Assembly: GCF_002113885.1 (NCBI RefSeq)
Contig: NW_018408800.1
Span: 200,907 to 264,906 of the forward strand
DNA length: 64,000 bases
Direction: 5' to 3'
Source of the DNA: Mizuhopecten yessoensis
Taxonomy: Eukaryota
The position numbers were made by a program, and so were the translations under genes. The notes below the pieces were generated by a model. The model had not been told where the DNA came from. It searched no databases and saw only the letters and a program-made list of their open reading frames with translations. Each line of letters begins with the position of its first letter. The stretch's first letter is position 1. This document shows, one piece after another, positions 1 through 11,400 of this stretch.

Positions 1-499
1 ATTACAGTGACCGTTAGACTGTCAAGAATGGGTTTCGCGCCAAGGTAACAGAATATGTAATTAACAATTTGATGAGTTACCGGGGTTTGACCTGGCCTGT
101 ACCTGACACATAGAGCTGATATGCGATACCGTATGACCGTAATGAAAACACAGCTGGACGTTTAGTATTTGTTATTTGCATTCGGTTTGCCTATAGCTCC
201 CCTTCACCTGTGTTTTCACACCCCTGGCCCTACCCGACGAAATACGTAAGCGCCCCGGGCGGGGGAAAACTACCGTCCAGGTACATGTAGACGGCTAGTG
301 GCTATGTTTACCTGTATACGGGACTGTGTTGTGATTTCACAGGTGTCGATTAAGGTCGTTTAAAAAATACCAAAAACACAATTTCTAAATTTAAGAAAGT
401 ATAGATATAAAGATAAGTTTATAGGTGTAGGTAGAGTATAGAAACATACGTAAAAATCAAGGTTTATATGTTTAAACACGAAACCGTATATATTGTTAA

Positions 500-690
500 G
501 GCATTCCTCAATTTACACCAACCACGATTGTTATCGCACAACGTTCGTCCATCGTGCACACATATGTGCGCAAGATTTGATCTCCCACATTTGTATCGTT
601 CGCACAACGTGCACACATCGTTCACACACCGTGCACACATCGTGCATACATCGCACATCGTGTAACGTTGCACGATCCCACAACTGTACA
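500..690. repeat. Degenerate ~11-bp tandem repeat (CACACATCGTG-like)
   Basis: Recurrent cacacatcgt / cacaacgt units. It explains the three overlapping short ORFs here. Confidence 0.6.
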
Positions 691-786
691 AACGGAATAA
701 GTGACTAATATGTTAACCCTTTTTAACTTCATTGGAGACGAAATGCTGTGAAATGAATTGAATAATATTACAGGATGCACACATAC

Positions 787-2407
787 CTAATCTCTTTGAG
801 TATACATCAAGTTTGTATGCTGCTTGCTCCAAATTACTAACATTTTCTTCAATATGATCAATTTGCTCTAAATAAGGTTGGAGGGTTTTATCTGTAAAAG
901 AAGGACAACATAGATTTTAATACAATGATATGGGTAAGCCATGATCAAATCAATGAACTATCACAGACCAATCATTGATAGCTCTCTTACAGTTTAAAGC
1001 AGGCAACTTTGATAGTTAAGCAAGTCATTGACAACATTTCATTGATCAAATTAAGTTTAATTTACTGATTTTTGTTAACTGATTGACATTAATTTGATGT
1101 AAAGAATTACATAATCACTAATTCTTTCAATCAAAAGCATTGCTGACTTTTTCACAACTAGGCTTGGTGTAAAAATTCTGAAGAGAATTAAGTATATATG
1201 CTAACTGGCACACCTTCTAAAATGTTCATTTATGTTTGGTTGAAAGAAATGATACAAAAATTCACACACACTATTATTTGCTTTGTCAAAAACGAAGAAA
1301 ACAATGTGATATTTGTTTTCAACCTTTTAAATACATGTTTTTTGTTCTGTTGGATTTCCCCAGACCAAGCCAGTCCCCACCTCAGGCTAGGCCAGTGGTG
1401 ATCATGATCTGTCAAGACATAACAGGACACTCAAGGCCCTAGAGGTGTCACAGATAAACATATGTAGATCTGTACATTTGTGTTTTCTCCATTTCTTAGT
1501 GTACTGTAAAGTGATTAAGACTTCGTTGAATGGTATCCTACATTCTGCTGTCCTGTTATGTTATGTCTTCAGTTAATGTACTAAGTCCAGATTAAATTCA
1601 AGGCTCGAAAATTGAAGTTGTTCAACAATTAAGTGTGGAATTCATTTGGAATGGAGGTAGGTGACACAGTGTGATAACATATATACCCCTAAGTACTAAG
1701 CTTATTGCAGGTAAATTGGTACAACACAATAGTAGATTCTACTTTCTTTTAAGTTATCCATACAGTGTTCATTAGGAACGTCTATCAAATACTTACATTT
1801 GTCATTCAGGTCTTGAAGTGATGTACTTATGTCTTGTGCTAACTGCTTCATTTCTGAATACTTGGCAATTGTAATTTTGTTCATGTTCTCCAGCAATTTG
1901 TAATCTTCAATTGTTCCTGAAAACAACAACCACACAGAAACTATAACCCACTTTGTACTGTAGTAGAAGTTTAATGGCTTGATCTTAATTGTTTTACAGT
2001 TCTCTTTGCCTTTTAAATTGAAGCAAATATGTACATAATATGTAATATGCAGGAATTCCAAACATTTCAAAAACGTGTCTTATCCAATTTATTCCTATAT
2101 GAAAATGGTTTTATTGCCAGCTTTTGATCACAGGTAAAGAAACACTGAGACCATTTATATATTATAACATAAATGATATAAATGATATAACTACACTACC
2201 TGGTATATATATTTCTACAGAATGACCGAAAGTCTCATCTGTCCTTCATTAATGAAAAGACTGAATTATTTTTACCTTCCATTTCTCCACGCAAGTATTC
2301 TGCTGTTTTCTGGAATGTCTCCCTACAAAGGTGAACAACATCTGGGGGTGGAGGTTCCTTTGCCTCGGAAGCTGTCTCTACCACTGGTTCCTGGTCACTG
2401 CTATTAG
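787..2407 (-). CDS. BLOC1S2: Biogenesis of lysosome-related organelles complex 1 subunit 2 (partial: three confident internal exons)
   Basis: Exons 2407-2276 ([43 protein letters not shown]), 1916-1797 ([40 protein letters not shown]) and 891-787 ([35 protein letters not shown]). All are AG..GT bounded and phase 1, and match the recognisable BLOS2 sequence ([35 protein letters not shown]). The last exon was not found and probably lies before position 1. Candidate 5' exons 3160-3103 and 3589-3509 are unverified. Confidence 0.93.
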
Positions 2408-2454
2408 CTACAATAGGTAATTTAGTATTGAATATGTTGGTATATACTTGATAG

Positions 2455-2600
2455 GAGATGTGGTAGTCTATTGGTAGGACACCGGGCTTCTGACCAAAGG
2501 GTTGCGGGTTCGGGTCACAGCACAGAACTGTGTTGTATCTTTGAGCAAGATGTTTTACCCCTACAAACTAGGTTGTGATAAAGCGGTATGTAAAAACCTC
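2455..2600 (+). mobile_element. Degenerate tRNA-derived SINE
   Basis: A-box-like TGGTAGTCTATTGG and B-box-like GGTTCGGGTC, followed by a CORE-like GTATCTTTGAGCAAGATG. Confidence 0.5.
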
Positions 2601-2811
2601 AAATTACCTCAATAGTATAGAGTTGATTGGGTTTTTCAAGTCTGTATGTCACTTTTGAGATTCTATTGAATATGCTTCTATTTTAAACTGCAACTTGGAT
2701 ATAAACATTGCATGTTTTGAGATGATTCATATCAGTAGAAGAAGTTAAACAAGAAATATCTATTGGTCCTGATACGTTTGTTTCCTATGTAAGAGGAGAA
2801 CACATGTAAAT

Positions 2812-2932
2812 CAAGCCTGAATTTGTCTGCCCCTGATACCAGGCTCGACTTTTGAACAGATAGAATAAAGATTCAGACATCTATCTGTCAAAATTTATAA
2901 GTCTAGTGTCAGGCCCAGAGAAACTTGGGCTA
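2812..2932. mobile_element. Old palindromic MITE-like element
   Basis: Imperfect inverted arms (agcctgaattt..cctgatacc..acagataga / tctatctgt..tgtcagg..aacttgggct). Confidence 0.45.
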
Positions 2933-3236
2933 CTGTAAATCTAGTGAGATGATCTTATAAACTGACCAAAAGGCCAAAGGTGATTTGGCTGTCTTTGTCA
3001 ATGATGATGATTTTTACAAAAAAGAATTGTGTATTGTTTTTGTAGGTGTCTCTAGCAGAAGGAAGTACTACACAAAGCGTAGACAGTTAGGAGTTAATTT
3101 ACTGGTATCTCTCAATTGGACTGTTGTCAGGGAAAGATGTTGATATTCTGGCCACCTTTTCTGTAAAATGATATATACATATAAACATACAGGTGTCACA
3201 CACACTGTATATATCTTTCGCTGTAGTGTACATTAT

Positions 3237-3372
3237 TCTATTATGGCCCTTTCCTGATGAGGGAACTGTTCTCTTATAGTGTTGTCTGGGGAGGTATAGT
3301 ACAGCGAGGGCACTATACCTCTCCAGACAACACTTTAAGAGAACTGTTCCCGAGGGAAAGGGTCATAATAGA
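3237..3372. mobile_element. Long hairpin element (Crypton-like non-autonomous end?)
   Basis: ~60-bp inverted arms tctattatggccctttcct..ggtatagt / actatacc..aaagggtcataataga around a GC-rich loop. Confidence 0.6.
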
Positions 3373-3499
3373 TTGAGTATTTCATATGACTGTCATTTGA
3401 CAATAAAAAGTAAAATATTTAATAATTAACAACAAATGGCAATAAGATAATTTTTTGAGTAGATCTCTCCTTTTTTTGTTGCGTATTCAATTCACTGGA

Positions 3500-3790
3500 T
3501 TGAATCACCGCTAGTTCAGATATAGTCTTTATGTATTGCTGAGCCTCTGTGAAGCAATCAGCATTCCTTGTCCCGAAATTCGAAGCCATTTTGGCAGACG
3601 ACAACAATGAAGTGAAAGTAGAATATGTACAGTGCCCCCTAGGAGAAGGGGCGCAACTTTTAGCGTCACGCTACTTTTCCCGCAGTCCCAAAAAAAGGTA
3701 AAGTGGCCGTCTCCAGGTATAGTTCCCGTTGTCAAGGGCGGATGCTAACTATACCAAATAGAACAAGGGTAGTAATCCAATAGCTATCCT
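3500..3790. promoter_or_regulatory. Probable bidirectional promoter / first-exon region between BLOC1S2 (-) and the UPF0489 gene (+)
   Basis: Locally CpG-richer stretch between two divergent genes. YY1-like CAAAATGGC on the minus strand near 3585-3593. Candidate plus-strand donors AAG|GTAAAG and CAG|GTATAG near 3697-3720. Confidence 0.4.
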
Positions 3791-5478
3791 AGAAATTATC
3801 ATGTGATATACTAAATAGTTTTTTAGCTTTTGAAGATGTCTTGATTGTATTTCACTTTTCTTATTTAAGAATTAAATAATGTTGAATAAATTATCATAAA
3901 TTGATAAAAAAAAAATCCATAATTTACACATTGATGAGTAGTGAAGGTATAGATTATGTTACCCGGGGCACCCACATTATAAAATTGACAAACATTTCTC
4001 TCTCTATAAGAACACATGTGAAGTATATTTTAACACACATACTTTATAAAGTTTACACCTGTTGATTTGTTCCCAAATGTGCAATAAAAGTACACATAAT
4101 TTAAAAACACACATGGTGTCCATGATATTAATTGTAAAAAGTGGCACAGAATTTGGACCTGTTGGTAATGTTATGGCTGTTCAGTAATTAGTAATATCAT
4201 CCAAACCTCAAAATTTTTGAAAGAGACATAACTTTTCTTCATTTCAAGCTATGTTTTTTCTTCCCGAGCGTGTTATATACAAATATTTAGAAGCTCAGAA
4301 AAACTTTCAAACTCCTTTTTCCCTGGTGAACCTCTAAGGGGGAGAAAGCGCTAGGGAGGTCGAAGAAACTCTTGTTTTTCGTTGTTTATATATATATAGA
4401 TAGTGATTCAGGCTGAAACAATCATATTTATTTGGGGTTCTACAATTTTTGCCAAGACTGTTGTTATTTAGGCGATAAGTGCAACTATTTCGGACATTTA
4501 TTTAAAATCAAGTTAACACCTTAATTAGTTATTGCATATAAAACAATAATATTTTGTTAGTTTTAGTACTTAATTTGCCCATTATGCAAGAACAAACTCC
4601 ACTGGTCAGCATTTCACACTGATGAAAAGATTCAGTTTTACCGAATAGGAGAAGATCTAGACCGTCACTCACTTTTGAGAGAACTTTTGTCCAAAAACCG
4701 AGTAAATATTGAAGGAAATGTTAGAAAATCCTGAAAAAATCACATTTTGTTTTATAGAAATATATAGCTGCTTTAAAAAGGTGAAACTGCAACACTTTCC
4801 CTTATTGGTAGCCAGATAGTCATGTTGCTGTTTGTATTTGTTGCGAGATGTTAATAATTAACTTAAGCACACCAGCAGATACATTTAAATTTATCTGTTA
4901 CTACTTTTTTAGGATAAGGTTCTAGAAGACGATTCCTCCCCATCACCAAAAGATATAAATTAACTGATCAGAACAATTTAATCAATAACATAATAACAAC
5001 ACTGAACTTATGCACATATGCAATCGGTCACAATATGATAACATCGATATGTTTTCTGACATTTACCATCATTTAATTTACGTCCATCTCTGCCATCACC
5101 AACACCGCTACCACCACCTCTTTCAGCCATGATTGATTTCTTTAAATGTCGCTAGCATCATTAAAAATACTCTTACTTTCACTTTCTCTTATGACTCCTT
5201 AATGACACAATGTTCTCAAATAACTATCGATATAATCATAAAATTGATATAAATAATGAAATTTGAAAAGTTATAGCAATTTATTTTGACAAGTAAAATA
5301 TTTTAAAGTCTTAATTTTTTTGGGATATAAGCGGACTTATTCTGCTTGGTTGCTTTTTAGATTTTGGTGACATCAGACATTTAAGGTTGAATCCAAAATG
5401 CGTTAACTAAAGTAGATTATTACACTATGAGCACAGCTGCATAGCGATTGAAACGCTGTTTATATTAGAAAGAACAAT

Positions 5479-8400
5479 ATGAAATATGCAAGCATGCGAA
5501 TGTTTTGGAAACGTCACATGATAAGCAACATAATCGGAGTAGTGTTTATTTGTGTGATTGTGGGAATTTACATCAGTCTGTTACGTTACAATAAGGCAAG
5601 CACAACGAGCTTTAACCTTGTACCAAAAAGTGTCGGCGCCTTTCCGGCATCATACCGATACAAATATCAGAAGGGAGGACTGGGACCAATATTTCATTTC
5701 TCTAACCAAGGAAAAAAGCCAATTAAACCAGGAAGGTTGCCAGTCTACATTGTTGAGGAGCATCATGAGGGTAAATTAAATTCAGTGTTAAAGAAAGTCA
5801 TACAAGTATTCGATTAGACGATTTACAGGAACGGGCAGGAATGGGCAGAAACGGGCAGAAATGGGCAGAAACGGGCAGGAACGGGCAGAAACAGACAGAA
5901 ACGTNTCCTAATGCAACCGGAAGTGAAGTGGACAGAATTAAGAAGCGCCTCAAGAAGCAACTGATGCTTACAACGGTGTCACAATCAATGAACCAATGAA
6001 CCAAAAATGCACGGCCAGACCAGGTCTCGAACCCGGGACCCTCCAAACTCGATACAGATGCTCTACACTTACCTGGTCAAGTTGACCGATGAATGACCCT
6101 GTCCAGTTCCGCTGTATATATATTCTTCCCTTCTTTTTCTTAGTCTTCACCCCCGAAGACACATCTATTTTCAACCAGTGATCGGGTATCCGCTTGCCAA
6201 AGCGACACCCAATGCTTGATACAAGAGTTGGTCACTGTAGGCAGTAACAGGAGGTGGGGAAAATGCACAGCCAAACCGGATTCAAACCCGGGACCCTCCA
6301 AACTCTTAGACGGACAATCTACCAATTCAATTTAGCTATCTGGTTGCCGACGATCAACCCAGTCCAGTTCCACTACATATCTAAGATCATTTAAGGACGC
6401 ATCTAGATCTCCATATGTGTTATGTTTGCATTGATCATGATGTGTGCTGGAGGCAGGGTATGTTGGTGTAATTGCTTTCTTGCGATAGTGCTGATCTGAT
6501 GTTGAATCTATGTTGCTAATTTGCTATCTCAGTGAAAAACTATGCCAAAGCTTAAGGCACCCAGCATATTATTCTGCTTGGTCACATAATACTGACAATG
6601 GGTGAGCTTATTGTTGGCATTACCCAAAATGCTGAATGTTTAGCAGGCAATACTACTGTTTTAAAGACTTAAGTACATGTATGTCCTGGCATAGGGAGAA
6701 CCCATGGCCATCGCCTTGCTCAATTTGGCAAAGGTACAACATTAACGCCAAAAGTAAGGTTTTGCCAAGCAAGGCACAAGGAAGCAAAAAGTCCTGAGAC
6801 TATAGAGAAATATAAAGATTCCAAAATTTGCAATGGGTGCAGCAGATTCGTTTTGGTTGCTTTAATTTTGTGTTCCAAAAGATTATAGGGCACAAACACA
6901 AAATCTACATGCTGTGATCATGCTACATGGTTAATGGCAGATGTGTTCTTTTCTAGATTCCTGACCTGTAGGGATGTCAGACTTGACACTTTTTGACAAA
7001 TCTATAGTACATGTACATGTGCCAAGTCTGATGTTGGGTCAGGAGAAATTCAGGCTATTGTAATGAAGTTAAACTGGCTTTGCAATTGGTTAATTATAAG
7101 TCTGGCCACCATAGGTCGGGTACATTTGTATGATACATACATGTATACACACCTCTCGTTCAAGTTGAAGACACTTTGTTTAATTAGCTCATGATAACCT
7201 GACACATGGCATGGATATGGCTTATAGGACACAGGACATTATATACATGTATATACATGTACATTTTTCGTATTTACAATTTTAATTTGTAACAAGTAAA
7301 TGCAGTTAGAGTGACAATTATAAGTTGATACATTGTATCAGCACATACTGCAAACATATGCATGCAAGCATGATACAGTATGTACATCTTCATGACTGAG
7401 AGCAAGTCTTCAATATTTCATAGCAGAATATTCAGGATCTGTTGCTTACATATAGACAGTTATAATTACGGTCGACTGTCAGTAACAGAAAGTGGTAGGG
7501 ATTCCATGGGTAATTTGTATTGGTTAATGATAGGCACCAACTGAAATGAAAAAGAAGTGAGGTACGTAGCTGGTATATTTGAACCTTCAACCTCAGAACT
7601 GATATAGAACTATATATATATATATATATAATGGTTTCCTATCAAATACCATTTATATGGCATAATGGAAAACCATTAAATTTTCTATTAACAATTTTTT
7701 TCAAAGTAAAATGATGAAAATATTGCTGCATCATTATAAGAAAAGTGCAGGAATTAGAAGCGTAGTATTTGATGCCAGGTTCTAATGACGTGTCTCTGGA
7801 TCCGTTGAGAACAATTAGCTTAGGCTGTGTGCTTTTTTGAATGGGCTACTCAACGCAATGCTACCATTTTCTGCTATTTCCTTGTGTAGTTTAATTTGTT
7901 TACATAAATATTATCAATTATGAAGGTATGTTAATAACTTAATGTACCAAAAATGTACAAAAACAACCACTTATTTTATAAGCTTCATCTGCAGCTGAAC
8001 TGAAAATCTGCGGTAGTAAATAGAAAATACCGTTTTGATTGGTCAATATAAAATCGATAATGACCTTATAATTATATTATTATGAGAAGTTCTTTTTACA
8101 CAACCAATATAATTTTCTATGTGACGTTTCGATGACAAGTACGATATGTACACTGTACATGTCACCTTCATCAGACAAATGACCAATTAACATCTATGAC
8201 CAAGTGTTAACAAAGGGTAGCTGAATTGAGTCATTTCGGTACATATATAACAACTATTGTACATACGTTTCCTGCGTAGCCGAAATCCACATCGATTTTA
8301 TGGACAACTCGTACACATTTTACACCTTTGTGTGCATACGCTTCATTGATCATTTGTCTGATGAAGGTGACATGTTCAGTGTACATATCGTCCTTGTCAT

Positions 8401-11400
8401 CGAAACGTCACATAGAACATTTCATTGGTTGTGTAAAAAGAACTTCTCATAATCCTTACTTACCAACCTGAAGAAAATGTTTAGAAATACTTATAATTAT
8501 ATATCATCACATTGAGATACATGTACCGGTATAACATTTTGTATTCATGCAGTCATCAATCTATAATTCGTTTGTATGGGTCTTTTTCCACTGCATGGTT
8601 AAGATATTGGTCCCACCATGTTAAATTTCAGTATTTCCAGAAATTCTATATGGGTACAGGACCCAGGGCTCGCATGTACATTTATCACTGTACATGTATT
8701 TATATAATTATTTTCAAACTGAGTGATAATTTCTGATATTTCACTGATAAAAATGTAATAAATATGACTTATCCATAACTCAACAAGGTAGCATATATAT
8801 TTTGAAATTAAACATGCATGAAGTAGCTAGCTAAAGCTTAAGCTAGTCCAGATCCAGAGAATTTATGCAATACACTGTACCTACTCAAATTACAGAACCT
8901 GGGTGTTGACAGGAGTGTTTTGAATGATTGTATACATGTATACACTCCATCATGCATACCCAAATTAAATCAACTTGTCATGTTTTTCCAAAATTCATGT
9001 ACAATATCAAATATTTACTATGTCTTTATGACTTGAAGTTACAAGTTAAGTGAAAATACATGTACAGCTGTGCATTAATTTGTAGTATTCATGAATAGAA
9101 TAAATCAAGAGGAGAAACTCTTGTACATCAGTCTCTGTCAGTCTGTCTGTCAGCTGGATTACCATAAAATGCTCTAATATAGTAAATGCTAGATTATGCA
9201 AATGCTTACGATATACTGTAATATATTTATATATATTTTAATTCATTTTATTTCAGTGCTTCCTGTTTGGTTTGAAGCAGCAAAGAACGGGTACATACCT
9301 CAGCATGGTAACACCTTGGTGAGATAATTCATTCAAATTTATGGATTGAGTTAATATTCATATCATATATTTGAATTTCTATATCGATGCATTTCGCAAA
9401 TTATCAAGAAAGGGCATGGAGAACACAGGCATGCATGTACATCCATGTAATTATATAAGAGAAGTCACTGGTTCATGTATCACAATATGAGGACATGTAC
9501 ACTACACATATACCATATATATGTACATGGATTTTTGGAATGTGTACCACATCTACATGTACTATACTATAGTAAGACACTGATGTCAATTGCAATAGTT
9601 CATGTATGCATATCATACTGGTACAATGTACATGTTCATGCATCAGGGGTGGAACCATTTCATATACTTTAGAGATCTAGCTATATATAGTATACATGTA
9701 AAACTGTTGGAATTACCTCTTTGCCCCATATACATATATACATGTAGCTATATAGCCTGCAGGCTGATATTGAAAAATCCTACTAGCTTGACCATAGTAA
9801 ATATTATATATTGAACAATTTCACAAGCTCTGGTACAAAAGCTACTGGCCCCAGGTATCGGGCTAATGGAATTGTGCATTCCGGATGCATGTGCCACGGT
9901 TAAAGGCTATTGAACACAGATACATGATATAGATACATGTATGTATCATGAAAATTTATTCCAATTACCATATGATCATTTTAGATTACATTATTACTTT
10001 CTGCTATTAAACAAACTTTTCCAAACAGAGGTGATCGTTTGTGTCACATTAACAGCAGCAACCTGTAGCATAGTTCAAGGTCAGATCAAATCTAAGAGGA
10101 CCTGAATTGGGGCGTCATGGGTCATTTTTGGCCTCATAAAACGTATGAGCATACAGCTATATATGAAAGCCTCCGCATGTGACAAACAAAAAATCCTTTC
10201 TACGGATGAACCCTGATATGACAAAGTTTAAGCTTGTTAAATATTTATATGTTTGTTGCATGCAAAGGCTTTTAAAAGTTGAAGAGTGGTTAGTTAATTT
10301 CCTTCAAAATGGCCAATTTTCAACCAAATAGCGCACAATAGAGGATATTCACACATTTTATTTTGAAAATGTAGGTTTATGTATCTCTTGGAAATGCAAT
10401 ATCTCCTAAACCAATTGTCCAATGAATTTGAAATTTCATATTTGCTGACTTCATTTATTCCAGATTTTGATATGACAACTAATTCTAAATCCCTAATGAG
10501 GCTGGAAACGACCCTTAACCCCCCTTTTCTTTTCAAAAAATAATGAAATTGAATAGATTTCCATGGGCTACGTATACATATACGGCTCCCACAGCCATTG
10601 CCATAGGAACTATAATTCACTTGATACAGTTGATTGATTTATACAATATTTTATTCTTTGTATTTGTTCACTTTATTAATGTGATTTATCTCATGGATTT
10701 AAGCCTAAAGAAAAGTGTTATTTACTTGTAGATCCATTTAGATGGTCATAGTGACATGGCGCCACCATTTTTTCTGAGCCGTTACCCAGCATGGCGTCCG
10801 CCCAAAGACAGCAAGGAACTTCATACTATGATGCAGAGAAATGATGCATTTATTGTGGTCAGTATGCACAGTTTGATATAATTATTTACAGGATTTATTT
10901 TCATTTTCATCGTGAATGATAAGAATCTCCATTCCAAAACATTTATGAATCTATTAAGATAACTTGAAAATGTTTAATGTGAGAATACATAAAGTTACAT
11001 TGTTGCTAATTACAAGATTATTTTCATTAATTCTGCAACATCAAGGTCTATAAATTACTGTAACATTCATGCTTTTGCTGTAATTGTTTTTTTAAATTTT
11101 CATGCTATAATTATTCCACTAAATTATAATAGTGCTTATTGAAGTTTCCGTATACTATTATTTACTATTACATAATATATATATATTGTTTTAAGGGAGC
11201 AAAACTCATCAATGCACTAACAGATTAAAGTTTAAGAATGTGCTAAAGTTTGAGTACACTAAAAGAATCCTAGATACTCCAGAGGTCACTCTCACTTTCG
11301 CTCTCTGCACCCCTGGAATATGTCGAAGCAAAAACAAAGGCTCAGTGTGCACCACCTGGTGGATGAGATGAGAAGACTAGTTTGATCCTTTGATGTACAT

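Larger units (their letters stand above)
8078..8489. mobile_element. Penelope-like element remnant (inverted pLTR) with 13-bp TSD
   Basis: ~110-bp inverted arms 8079-8190 and 8340-8452 plus a 3' tail. Flanked by CTTATAATTATAT at 8065-8077 and 8490-8502. Carries hammerhead motifs. Confidence 0.8.

Noticed and set aside
6000-6377. Possible tRNA genes here and at 13897, 18700 and 27960
   Set aside because: No clean cloverleaf, and they are embedded in LTR-like repeats.
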